A stretch of DNA of 64,000 bases from a virus: IMG/VR virus record IMGVR_UViG_3300011114_000773, positions 1 to 64,000 of that record; one strand, written 5' to 3'. This document shows positions 35,337-44,733 of the stretch, one piece after another; position 1 is the stretch's first letter, and every line of letters begins with the position of its first letter. The notes under the pieces are model-generated. The model did no database searches. It saw nothing but the letters and a program-made list of their open reading frames with translations, and was not told the DNA's origin. A program made the position numbers and the translations under genes.

Positions 35337-36433
35337 AAAACTTCTCTCTTCATCTACCAATAAACTCTACCAGTCTAGGTCAGACATCGACCTTAATTCT
35401 GCGGACACTCATCGAGAACCCGGAGTTACTAGCGAAAGTAGATGGCTTATTTAATATCGGACATGACTTAGACTTGTCCAGTCAGGACCAGTCTTCTGTG
35501 AAGTCGTTTAGCCCAGCCGTACAGCAATTGATGAATGACAGTTTATCTAAGTATAGCAGGAGCACCCCATGCTTCAAGTTGTGGCACTTGTTAGGTTCTC
35601 TTGAATCGTATAGCGCAAATCCGACACTTCTATCATTTTACGAGTTAGACGAGCCGACAAGCGCAGAGCTTACTATTGCTGGAAGTCAGAACACGTTATT
35701 TACGTCTCGATACACCTGCGATGTATTCGCTAGTCGAGGAGTCCAGACTAAATATGTTCCGCTCGCTTTTGACGACTTCAATTTCAAAGTCAAAAATACA
35801 AGGAGAATTCCTGATAGGATTACTTTTAACGTCGTAGGCAAATATGAGAAAAGGAAATCTCACGAAAAAGTAATCAAATCTTGGATTAAGAAGTTCGGAA
35901 ATGACCGTCGTTATTTCTTGCAGGCCGCTGTCTATAATCCTTTCTTCCCGAACCCGGCAGAGACAAATAACAGAGTTACGAATGAACTATTGGGCGGACG
36001 GTCTGTATTTAATGTGAATTTCTTCGGGCACATGCTACAGAACTCTCTATATAATGACTTTCTTAACTCGTCGGATATCGTGCTTGGACTGAGTGGAGGA
36101 GAAGGCTGGGGACTTCCTGAGTTCCAGTCTGTAGCGATGGGAAAACACGCGGTTATTTTGGACGCTCATGGATATAAAGGCTGGGCCAATGCCGAAAACT
36201 CGGTTCTTGTAAAGCCAAACGGTAAAACCCCAGCATACGACGGATTATTCTTCCGTCAGGGAGCGCCGTTTAATCAGGGCAGTATTTTTACATTCGATGA
36301 AGACGCTTTTATCTACGGATGCGAACAAGCTATAGAAAGAGTCAAGAGCAGCCCAGTTAACGCTTCTGGAATTAAATTGCAGCAAGAGTTCTCAAGACAA
36401 AAAATGGTAAATCAAATTATAGAAGCACTATGA
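35333..36433 (+). CDS. GT-B glycosyltransferase (GT4-like)
   Basis: GKYEKRK, S.GEGWGLPEF. Confidence 0.85.
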   Translation: MKNFSLHLPINSTSLGQTSTLILRTLIENPELLAKVDGLFNIGHDLDLSSQDQSSVKSFSPAVQQLMNDSLSKYSRSTPCFKLWHLLGSLESYSANPTLLSFYELDEPTSAELTIAGSQNTLFTSRYTCDVFASRGVQTKYVPLAFDDFNFKVKNTRRIPDRITFNVVGKYEKRKSHEKVIKSWIKKFGNDRRYFLQAAVYNPFFPNPAETNNRVTNELLGGRSVFNVNFFGHMLQNSLYNDFLNSSDIVLGLSGGEGWGLPEFQSVAMGKHAVILDAHGYKGWANAENSVLVKPNGKTPAYDGLFFRQGAPFNQGSIFTFDEDAFIYGCEQAIERVKSSPVNASGIKLQQEFSRQKMVNQIIEAL

Positions 36434-36696
36434 ACGAAAATCCTATCGTATTTACCTTGAAGCGAGAAGATTTAAATAAGGCGTCTTTGCCGATGGACTT
36501 AATAGTCGGAGACGTATCAGACCGCCCGCCAGAGTTTTTCATTACTCAAATCGAGAATACATCTCCAGAAATCGTGACTGAAGAAGAGGTAGGAGAAGGT
36601 AGAATAAAAATTACGATTAAATCAGAGAGATGTCTTAAGAAAGCTTTTGATAAATTTAACGAAGCACGAGCAAACAGCAAGAAACACAATCTATGA
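36430..36696 (+). CDS. hypothetical protein
   Basis: 88-aa ORF with ATGA overlaps. Confidence 0.5.
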   Translation: MNENPIVFTLKREDLNKASLPMDLIVGDVSDRPPEFFITQIENTSPEIVTEEEVGEGRIKITIKSERCLKKAFDKFNEARANSKKHNL

Positions 36697-37370
36697 ACCC
36701 AACGCTACAAATTAGATTATTCACGAACGACCAGTTCGTCCTAGACAAAGTCTTTTACGCGAACGCTTACAAGTTGGCGACATTACCGAAGGATTCTATT
36801 GTGTTCGACATCGGGGCACACATCGGGTTCTTCGCTACGAACTGCGCTGTTCGCGGTGCTGCTAGAATTTACTGCTTCGAGCCTAACGCAGAAAATTTTG
36901 AGTGTCTTCTTCGTAATACTTTATTTATTAGAGATGGGGTTACGGCGGTCAATTCTTCTGTATTATTTGAGTCTGGATTTCTAGCTTTTGAAAAGCCGAA
37001 GCTCTCTGAGGATAAGTTTTTTGATTTCTCTTCGGTAAATATTGCGGACGAAAGCTCTGGAGATAAAGAATTGTCTATATGTATGAGTTTAGACACCGCT
37101 CTACTTAACTACGGTGGACAAGAAGTTCATCTGCTAAAAATAAATCTTGGTGGCTCCTATGAGCCAGACGTGCTAATTAATAGCAAGCTTATCAGCAAAT
37201 GCAACGCCGTATGCGGGATGACCAAGACCGACGACACGGCATCTCTGGACAAACTGTTCGCGCACATGAAAGAACATGGCTTCACTAATTCAAGTCTGAT
37301 AGACACTGGCGAGGACAAGGAGTTCCTTTTCGTATTTACCAAAGACATCGCTAAATCTTATTTTCAATAA
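36693..37370 (+). CDS. FkbM family methyltransferase
   Basis: FDIGAHIG, CFEP. Confidence 0.8.
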   Translation: MNPTLQIRLFTNDQFVLDKVFYANAYKLATLPKDSIVFDIGAHIGFFATNCAVRGAARIYCFEPNAENFECLLRNTLFIRDGVTAVNSSVLFESGFLAFEKPKLSEDKFFDFSSVNIADESSGDKELSICMSLDTALLNYGGQEVHLLKINLGGSYEPDVLINSKLISKCNAVCGMTKTDDTASLDKLFAHMKEHGFTNSSLIDTGEDKEFLFVFTKDIAKSYFQ

Positions 37371-37371
37371 T

Positions 37372-37704
37372 ATGCCGTATTATACTTATAAAAACCCCAA
37401 GACCTCTGAAACCAAGGATATCTATCAAAGTATGAGAGAAGACCATGTCTATTCCGAAGGGGGCCAAGCTTGGGTTAGGGTTTTTGAATCACCGCAAATG
37501 TCTGTTGACACTAACATAAATCCAGACTCTAAGGCTGATTTTATGCGCGCTACCCAAAAGAGAATGACAATGGGCGATATGTGGGATGTCAGCGCCGATT
37601 TGAGTGCGAAGCGGGCGGAAAAATACGGGTCAGACCCGGTTAAGGACACCGCTGTTGAAAAGTACAAAAAGAAGTGCAAGAAAAACAAACACCCGCTAGC
37701 TTAA
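37372..37704 (+). CDS. FmdB-like protein (Cys-less variant)
   Basis: MP.Y.Y N-terminus, W.RVF..P. Confidence 0.55.
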   Translation: MPYYTYKNPKTSETKDIYQSMREDHVYSEGGQAWVRVFESPQMSVDTNINPDSKADFMRATQKRMTMGDMWDVSADLSAKRAEKYGSDPVKDTAVEKYKKKCKKNKHPLA

Positions 37705-38421
37705 ATGAAGATAGGAATTCTAGCTGTCTCATACAATTGTGCTGGCGATATAGATAATGTTCTATCTCCGTTCAAGGGAGACTCATTCGTAATCTCGGCG
37801 TGCAATATCCAGTTCGATAAGTTCGATATCCCGCCAGACGAGGACACTCTGATAAAACTTTACGAAACTCCAGAAGTCCAGCATATCTCTACGTCTGTAT
37901 GTCCGCTACCAGAAGCGGAAGCTCGGAATCTGGCGTTGAAGTATCTGCTCTATAGGGATGTCGATTACGTATGGCTCGTTGACGGAGACGAGTTCTACAC
38001 AGATAAAGAGGTAAACGCAATTACTAAAATTTTATCAGAAACGAGTCACGGGCCGTATTTTTCCATCAATTTCAAGAACTATGTTTTCGATGGTAGGACT
38101 TGGATAAGTGGATTTTGTCCTCCTAGGATATTCAGTAACAGGATTCACGGTGGAATCTCGTCGTTTTATTGGGATAACGACGTATCTTATAATGACGGCA
38201 CGGATTACAAAAGGCTTCCTAACGCGAAAATCCCAGAGTCCGTAGCTAACGTCCGCCACATGACTTGGCTTCATACTAATGGAAAAGAGAAAGTCCGTTA
38301 TCAGTTGAAACATTTTGGAGAGTGCTCTTACTCGTGGAATAGTTCTCTTGAGCGATTAGAATTCAATGAGGCATATTACCTAAAGAACAAAGTAAAGAAG
38401 CCTGAATTAATATATGATTAG
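37705..38421 (+). CDS. GT-A glycosyltransferase (GT2-like)
   Basis: EA.ARN, WLVDGDEFY. Confidence 0.75.
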   Translation: MKIGILAVSYNCAGDIDNVLSPFKGDSFVISACNIQFDKFDIPPDEDTLIKLYETPEVQHISTSVCPLPEAEARNLALKYLLYRDVDYVWLVDGDEFYTDKEVNAITKILSETSHGPYFSINFKNYVFDGRTWISGFCPPRIFSNRIHGGISSFYWDNDVSYNDGTDYKRLPNAKIPESVANVRHMTWLHTNGKEKVRYQLKHFGECSYSWNSSLERLEFNEAYYLKNKVKKPELIYD

Positions 38422-39217
38422 CGTTTATACGACAGCCTTTAATATAACTAAAGGAAAATTTAACATAGAGTCCGCTCTCAAGAACTTTTCCCTAGTCGGA
38501 GACGAAATCGTCGTTGGTACAATAAAAAATGAAGACGATACGCTAGACGTGCTAAATAGTTTTAAAGACTCATATCCTATAAAGATAGTCCAGACCGACT
38601 ACGATACTAAAACGTTTGCTGTAGATGGGAAGCTGAAAGAAGCTGCCTTGCAAAAATGCTCTGGAGAGTTCTGTATTCAGCTAGACGCTGACGAAAGAGT
38701 CGGGAATCCTGACGCATGGAATGACTTTATCAGTGACGAAGAGCTTCTTCGCAAAGTACTGTCCGATGATGTCGATGCTTTAATGTTGCCAGTAGTTAAT
38801 ATGTATAGGGACATAAATTCTTATAAAGACATAAATAGTAAATGGTATATCCATAAAAAAGATTCAAAATCACGAGGCAGACTGCACCGTGGAGTAGTAT
38901 ATTTCGCAAGGCTAGAGGGCGAAAAATTCGATAAGGAGAAGAGCGACGGATGCGAACTTCTGTATAGTGATAGCTCACTAGTCTCAAGCGTAGCCTTCAA
39001 AAATGCAGAATCTATTGAACAACTCAATTCTGCCGATATTCCATTCGTCGTACATCTTGGATACCTAGATTTATCGCGCAGAGATTCTCTGAACAAGGAG
39101 TTCTGGAATGCTACTTGGGCATCTTATGGAGGAACCGCAGTAGAGGACAAAGTAGAAGGACTTCCGCAGGTCAACAGTCTCAGATATGCGAGTTTAGATT
39201 TCTCGAATTTAATATGA
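38414..39217 (+). CDS. GT-A glycosyltransferase (GT2-like)
   Basis: DEIVV, D.T, QLDADE, HLGY. Confidence 0.8.
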   Translation: MISVYTTAFNITKGKFNIESALKNFSLVGDEIVVGTIKNEDDTLDVLNSFKDSYPIKIVQTDYDTKTFAVDGKLKEAALQKCSGEFCIQLDADERVGNPDAWNDFISDEELLRKVLSDDVDALMLPVVNMYRDINSYKDINSKWYIHKKDSKSRGRLHRGVVYFARLEGEKFDKEKSDGCELLYSDSSLVSSVAFKNAESIEQLNSADIPFVVHLGYLDLSRRDSLNKEFWNATWASYGGTAVEDKVEGLPQVNSLRYASLDFSNLI

Positions 39218-40047
39218 AGTTTTTTTCTGGTTTTAACGCCGGTCAGTATGGAGACTTAGTAATGAATACCGTCGCAGCCAGAAGGCTAAAATGGATGTAT
39301 CCAGAATGTCGATTATCTTTAGGAATCTCTCAAAAATATTCTGGCGCTGAACCTCTGTTCGAGAAACACCCCTTTATAGACGAAACCCATATATGGGAAG
39401 GCTATGACAACTTTCCTACCGAGAATGACAGAAAATTAATAAAATCAAAAGCATTTTCTGGCATTTTTAATCCCATGCCGAAGCACGATTATTCCAATGG
39501 CCCTTGGTTCTCAAAAAGGCATCAAACTAGTGAGGTCTGTTTCATGCACGGGCTGGGTGATGTTCCAGCCGAGCAGTGCCACTTGAACAGATGGTTTTCT
39601 CTTCTTTCTGGATATGAAGACTATATCGCACTGGCCCCGTTCGCTGGATGGTATAATCAGTCTAATCTTAAGAAACTAACGATTGAAAAAGCTGATGAAG
39701 TATGCGCTCGCATACGAGGCATGGGATATAAAGTTTTTCAGACGGGTGGCCCGGACGAGCCTAGGTTGAGATACGCAGAAAAGCCAAATCTTTCTATTCT
39801 GGAGTCCGTACAAGTAGTATTGTCGACCAAAGTCCTAGTCCACACAGATACTTTTATGGGGTGGGCAGCATCGGCCTATGGACATAAACAGGTCGGACTA
39901 TATAGCGATGCGGAATATCAAATAGGAGAGCAAAATTTCGTTCATAATATACAGCCAATCAACAGAAATTTTATTCCAATCAACGCTCGTAACGTAAACG
40001 AAATCGACTGCGAACAAATAGTATCCGCCCTCAAATATCTATTATGA
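39214..40047 (+). CDS. GT9 (heptosyltransferase-like) glycosyltransferase
   Basis: GD.VM, PFIDE, DT...WAASA. Confidence 0.7.
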   Translation: MKFFSGFNAGQYGDLVMNTVAARRLKWMYPECRLSLGISQKYSGAEPLFEKHPFIDETHIWEGYDNFPTENDRKLIKSKAFSGIFNPMPKHDYSNGPWFSKRHQTSEVCFMHGLGDVPAEQCHLNRWFSLLSGYEDYIALAPFAGWYNQSNLKKLTIEKADEVCARIRGMGYKVFQTGGPDEPRLRYAEKPNLSILESVQVVLSTKVLVHTDTFMGWAASAYGHKQVGLYSDAEYQIGEQNFVHNIQPINRNFIPINARNVNEIDCEQIVSALKYLL

Positions 40048-40934
40048 GAATAACTTGCCTAGGTGCCCGGACAGAACTGTCTCAGATTGAGAGAATCGAG
40101 TATGGATTACAGTCGCTCGGTCATATCACAGAACCGACAGATAGCCCTGATGTAATTTTTTGCAATGATACTGGACTATGGGATAAAGCTATAGAGATGA
40201 AGCAAAGGTCGGGCGCGTTTCTGATTTTAAACATTTTGGACCTTCCATATTTTCTTCCAAATTTCTTGGAGATTGTCGGAAAGCTCAAAGGTCAATGTGC
40301 GCACGCAGATGCTATAACCTGTATAAGCGAAACTACGAGGTTTTCTATTAAAAGATATCTTGGTATTGACGTATCGAAAGTCAGAGTCATTGGAAATCCC
40401 ATCAAAGATGTCTGCAATCTAGGATTTGTTAGACACATCCCGTTTCTCTATTGCGGAAGAGCTAATGATAGCATGAAGCGGGTCAGACTGGTTAAGGAGA
40501 CTATGGAGCTAATGAGTATCCATACTAGGGAACTAGTGGTATGCGGCCCGGAAAACCCCGGATTCGGAAACTACATAGGCCTTATTAGAGACGAACAGTT
40601 GCAGAGTATTATGAACTCTTGTCAGATTTTGATTTATCCATCGTGCTTCGATGGACTTGGTCTTCCTCCGATAGAGTTCTGTATTACTGGCGGTGTTCCT
40701 ATTCTTTGCAACGATTCGCCCACGTCTTTAGAGTTCTTTCCGAGTCAAGTCCTCTGCTCTCCTAATGCGGCCAGTATAGCCGAAAAAGTAGTCCATGTCT
40801 ATAATAATTATAGCGATTATCAGAAGCTACTACGTAAAACTAAAGACTCTTTCATTGACCGATTCAACCGAATGCAAGTAGCTAAAAATATTTTGGATAT
40901 CTGTAAGAATGCTCCTGTCACGAATAAAGTCTGA
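40044..40934 (+). CDS. GT-B glycosyltransferase (GT4-like)
   Basis: GR...KR, YPS.FDGLGLPPIE. Confidence 0.8.
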   Translation: MRITCLGARTELSQIERIEYGLQSLGHITEPTDSPDVIFCNDTGLWDKAIEMKQRSGAFLILNILDLPYFLPNFLEIVGKLKGQCAHADAITCISETTRFSIKRYLGIDVSKVRVIGNPIKDVCNLGFVRHIPFLYCGRANDSMKRVRLVKETMELMSIHTRELVVCGPENPGFGNYIGLIRDEQLQSIMNSCQILIYPSCFDGLGLPPIEFCITGGVPILCNDSPTSLEFFPSQVLCSPNAASIAEKVVHVYNNYSDYQKLLRKTKDSFIDRFNRMQVAKNILDICKNAPVTNKV

Positions 40935-40939
40935 TACTG

Positions 40940-41770
40940 GTGAGCCGAATACTAATTACAGGAGCTAACGGATTCCTAGGGAGAAATCTCTGCAAGGATT
41001 TTTCTGATGCTGGTTTTGAAGTCTTTGCTTGGCTCAGGAGTAATGACATCAAAGATATCGGGACATTTCGCCCAGAGTATGTAGTTCACTGCGCTGGAGA
41101 AGTACATAATGAGCAGAAGATGATTGAGTCCAATATTATCTTGACGGAAAATGTGCTTAAGCAAGTATCTGGATACCACTATCGACCTTCGCTCAAAAGA
41201 TTTATTTATTTAGGGTCTTCGTCTGAATATGGTAGGATGACTGTGCCCAGCAGCGAAACCGATATACCTAATCCAACGTCGATGTATGAAGCCACCAAAA
41301 CCTCTGGCGCGATGATAGCTCAGGCCTACGGAAAGAAGTGCAACTTTAAAGTATCTATAGTTAGGCCGTATTCTATATTCGGCGAATTCGAGTCTCCCGA
41401 TAGATTTATTCCCACAATATATCGTTCAGCTAAAAATGGAGAGGTGGTAAAAATTTACGACGGAGCACACGACTTTCTATATGTAAAAGATTTCGTAGAA
41501 GCAGTCCGAGCGATAATTACCGCCAATGAACCTAGCGATATAGTGAATATAGGAAGCGGAATCTGTACGTCAAACGGACTGCTAGTTCAGACTTTTGAGG
41601 CTGCGTTCGGAAAATCTATCTCAAAACAGCTCGTTCAGAGCAGAATTAGAGACTATGACTCTGATTATTGGTGCGCTAATATCTCATACTTGAAAAGGAC
41701 GTATGGCTGGTCGCCCAGATTTAGCCTTGAGCAAGGATTAAAAGACTATATCAGAATTTGCGGAACATGA
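40940..41770 (+). CDS. NAD-dependent sugar epimerase/dehydratase
   Basis: ITGANGFLG, GSSSEYG, Y..TK, HDF.YV.D. Confidence 0.9.
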   Translation: MSRILITGANGFLGRNLCKDFSDAGFEVFAWLRSNDIKDIGTFRPEYVVHCAGEVHNEQKMIESNIILTENVLKQVSGYHYRPSLKRFIYLGSSSEYGRMTVPSSETDIPNPTSMYEATKTSGAMIAQAYGKKCNFKVSIVRPYSIFGEFESPDRFIPTIYRSAKNGEVVKIYDGAHDFLYVKDFVEAVRAIITANEPSDIVNIGSGICTSNGLLVQTFEAAFGKSISKQLVQSRIRDYDSDYWCANISYLKRTYGWSPRFSLEQGLKDYIRICGT

Positions 41771-42393
41771 AAGACTACTCACTCCATCAAAGGATAATTG
41801 ACATCAGCGTAAAGCATAAGCTCTCGCATTTATCATCATGCCTAACAGCGGTTGATATTATAAACGAGATATACGCTCAAAAAAAGATGGACGAAGTATT
41901 CGTTCTCTCTAGCGGTCATGCTGCGTTAGCTTTATATGTTGTTATCGAAAAGTATCAAGGACTAAACGCCGAGGCTCTCCTTGAAAAGCATGGAGTCCAC
42001 CCCGGATTTGATAAGGCGTCTGGAATCTACTGCTCTACTGGCAGTTTGGGATTAGGAATTACCGTATCCGTTGGATATGCGTTGTCTGATAGAAGCAAGA
42101 ATGTTTATTGCCTAATTAGCGATGGCGAGTCTTTTGAAGGAAGCGTATGGGAGAGCCTAAGCTTTATAGACAATAATAAGTTAGAGAATATGAAGATTTA
42201 CGCCAATATAAATGGATATTCTGCTTATGATGCAGTAGATTGCGACAAGTTAGTTAGAAAGCTGAGAGCATTTTTACCGACAGTGAACGTCCGTCTTACT
42301 GATGTCAGAGAATATCCGACGCTAGCTGGAATCGGCGGACATTATCTCGTCCTTAAAGAACATCCACTTACAGATGATATTGGAGTATTATGA
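41767..42393 (+). CDS. transketolase-like N-terminal (TPP-binding) subunit
   Basis: HLSS, LSSGH, HP, STGSLG.G, SDGE..EG..WE, N. Confidence 0.9.
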   Translation: MKDYSLHQRIIDISVKHKLSHLSSCLTAVDIINEIYAQKKMDEVFVLSSGHAALALYVVIEKYQGLNAEALLEKHGVHPGFDKASGIYCSTGSLGLGITVSVGYALSDRSKNVYCLISDGESFEGSVWESLSFIDNNKLENMKIYANINGYSAYDAVDCDKLVRKLRAFLPTVNVRLTDVREYPTLAGIGGHYLVLKEHPLTDDIGVL

Positions 42394-42866
42394 GAAGAGT
42401 ATTCGCAGAACTTACAGAGAATTTAATGAGTCAAAGTCACAACGTCTTTTTGTTGACTGGGGACTTAGGATATGGTATTTGGGATAGCGCCAGACTGAAC
42501 CATCCAGATAGAGCTATTAATGTTGGCGCGGCTGAACAATTACTAGTCGGTGCTGGTGTCGGTATCGCTCTAACCGGGAAAATAGCTATTTGCTATTCGA
42601 TAACTCCATTTTTATTATATAGACCTTTTGAGATAATTAGAAACTATATAGACCACGAAAAAATCCCAGTTAAGCTAGTAGGCTCAGGGCGCGGAAAAGA
42701 TTATTCGCATGATGGCTTTTCTCACTGGGCAGAAGATGATGAGGCTATTATGAGCAACTTTAAAAATATCTCAGTATGGCACCCTAAAACTACCGACGAG
42801 CTACGGCAAAACTTTTTGTACTATATGTCCTCCGTGAACCCTTGCTATATTAATCTGAAACGCTGA
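42390..42866 (+). CDS. transketolase-like pyrimidine-binding subunit (short)
   Basis: GDLG, NVG.AEQ, F..R..E.IRN, G.SH; ends at YI.L. Confidence 0.85.
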   Translation: MRRVFAELTENLMSQSHNVFLLTGDLGYGIWDSARLNHPDRAINVGAAEQLLVGAGVGIALTGKIAICYSITPFLLYRPFEIIRNYIDHEKIPVKLVGSGRGKDYSHDGFSHWAEDDEAIMSNFKNISVWHPKTTDELRQNFLYYMSSVNPCYINLKR

Positions 42867-42867
42867 T

Positions 42868-43551
42868 ATGAAATTTCTTGTTTTTTCGTTCTACGACTCT
42901 GGCAGTCACGAAGGTTGCCCATTTAGTGAGTTAGCTAAATTGACCCAGCCTTCAAAGGAATTATATTCTCTAAGACACGGCTATGATTTTTATTGCAAAA
43001 CAGATAATTTCGCCGCAGATAGGGCTATCGGATGGGCTAAGATAGACATCATCAACGACAAGCTCCCGAATTATGACTGGATAATTTACATTGAGTGTGA
43101 TGCAATGATAATGAATCAAACTATCAGACTTGAGAATCTAATAGATAATAACTATGACGTAATTATTTCTGACAGCAAATACAAGCATCATTTTCAAGGA
43201 GTAAACTCTGGAGTCATGCTCATCAAGTCCTCTAGCTGGAGTAGAGAGTTCTTTAAAAGGCTGTGGCTTAAAGAGCACTACTTCAGAGGTAACTGGTGGG
43301 AACAGGGCGCTCTAATCGAGGAAATAAGAGATAGCCCAGAAGTACGAAACCACGTCAAGTTAGTCAATAACAGATTCTTTAATAGCTACTACCACTGGGG
43401 CACGCCGGATGAGAACTTTGTCGTCGGCGACTTTATTTGCCATTCGGCAGGTACAAGTAACGAATCGAGAGAAGCCCTTTTTACAGAGCTTCAGAGAAAG
43501 CAGATAGTAATTCCAGAAGATACCCGTATAACTACACCGTTCTTCCCATAA
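42868..43551 (+). CDS. GT34 (GMA12/MNN10-like) glycosyltransferase
   Basis: HGY, W.K, ECDA, NSGVML, WEQ.AL, GDFI.H.AG. Confidence 0.8.
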   Translation: MKFLVFSFYDSGSHEGCPFSELAKLTQPSKELYSLRHGYDFYCKTDNFAADRAIGWAKIDIINDKLPNYDWIIYIECDAMIMNQTIRLENLIDNNYDVIISDSKYKHHFQGVNSGVMLIKSSSWSREFFKRLWLKEHYFRGNWWEQGALIEEIRDSPEVRNHVKLVNNRFFNSYYHWGTPDENFVVGDFICHSAGTSNESREALFTELQRKQIVIPEDTRITTPFFP

Positions 43552-43552
43552 T

Positions 43553-44107
43553 ATGAACATATATGAAATAGGAGTTGGAAACCCGTCAATCAGCAGGACT
43601 CTAGGCAACTATACAGATAGTCTGTATCTTTTCGAGGCGAATCCATTAATTTATGCTGAGTTAGCTAAGGCTTTTTCTAATAAGAAGAATTGCCGCATCT
43701 TTAATTTATGTATATGCGGGTACGACGGTCAAATAGAGTTCTGCTCGAATGGCGACTCTTCCTACGTGCATGGAGTAGCATCTCCAGCAGAAATGACCGG
43801 TAGCGAAGAATATCTTAAATCATTTAAGAAGATAACCGTGGACTGTAAAACTATAAAAAGCTTTGAGGCTATGGCTCCGATAGATATCCTACTATTGGAC
43901 ATGGAAGGCTCGGAATATCAAGTTCTTCTTGATATGGTGAGCAGGCCGCGAGAAATAACAATAGAGATGCAGAATCACAATAAAACATATATAAACCCCC
44001 ATTTTGATGATATACTATCTTGGATGGAAAAGAACGAGTACATCTTGAAAAGCAAAAATAGTAACGAAGAGGATTGGACTTTTTCAAGTCATAACATACG
44101 TAAATGA
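43553..44107 (+). CDS. FkbM family methyltransferase
   Basis: EIGVG, FEANP, LDMEGSEY. Confidence 0.75.
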   Translation: MNIYEIGVGNPSISRTLGNYTDSLYLFEANPLIYAELAKAFSNKKNCRIFNLCICGYDGQIEFCSNGDSSYVHGVASPAEMTGSEEYLKSFKKITVDCKTIKSFEAMAPIDILLLDMEGSEYQVLLDMVSRPREITIEMQNHNKTYINPHFDDILSWMEKNEYILKSKNSNEEDWTFSSHNIRK

Positions 44108-44730
44108 AAACACAAACACATAAAGATGTCCCCGGATGGTTCGACTTCGAGAATATCTACAATTTCGCCGTAAACAGCTCGAAGAGCGGAGATACGCTCG
44201 TAGAGGTAGGTTCTTTTCTCGGAAAGAGCGCCTGCTATATGATGGAGAAGATAGGCGAGGGCGGCAAAGAGCTTAAGTTTTACTGCGTCGATTTATTTAC
44301 AATAACTCCAGACGAAGGGGACGGAGCGATGCCTTGGGGAGAGAATGCAAAAACATGGCAGGCCGCGAACGGAGGAGTTGACGCACTGTACCTGTCTTTC
44401 TTGAAGAATATATCGGGCAACACCCCATCAAATCTCACTGGTCACTTTCGAGAGGATTCCTCCAGTTCAGCGGCGCATTTTGAAGACAACTCTGTACATT
44501 TTTGTTTTATAGATGCAAGCCATTTATACGAAAATGTCAAGAGGGACTTGGTCGCTTGGTATCCCAAGATAAAACCCGGTGGCTTCTTGGCTGGACACGA
44601 TTTTGGTAATGGGACAAACGGAGTAGGAATAGCTGTGAAAGAATTTTGCTCCGAGAGAAGGCTTGAGTTTAGAAATGACTATTCATTTATCTTTCAGAAG
44701 CCATTCTCAGACGCTATAGCTGTCAATTGA
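44104..44730 (+). CDS. class I SAM methyltransferase (Methyltransf_24-like)
   Basis: VEVGSF.GKS, FIDASHLYE, KPGG..AGHD. Confidence 0.85.
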   Translation: MKTQTHKDVPGWFDFENIYNFAVNSSKSGDTLVEVGSFLGKSACYMMEKIGEGGKELKFYCVDLFTITPDEGDGAMPWGENAKTWQAANGGVDALYLSFLKNISGNTPSNLTGHFREDSSSSAAHFEDNSVHFCFIDASHLYENVKRDLVAWYPKIKPGGFLAGHDFGNGTNGVGIAVKEFCSERRLEFRNDYSFIFQKPFSDAIAVN

Positions 44731-44733
44731 TAG

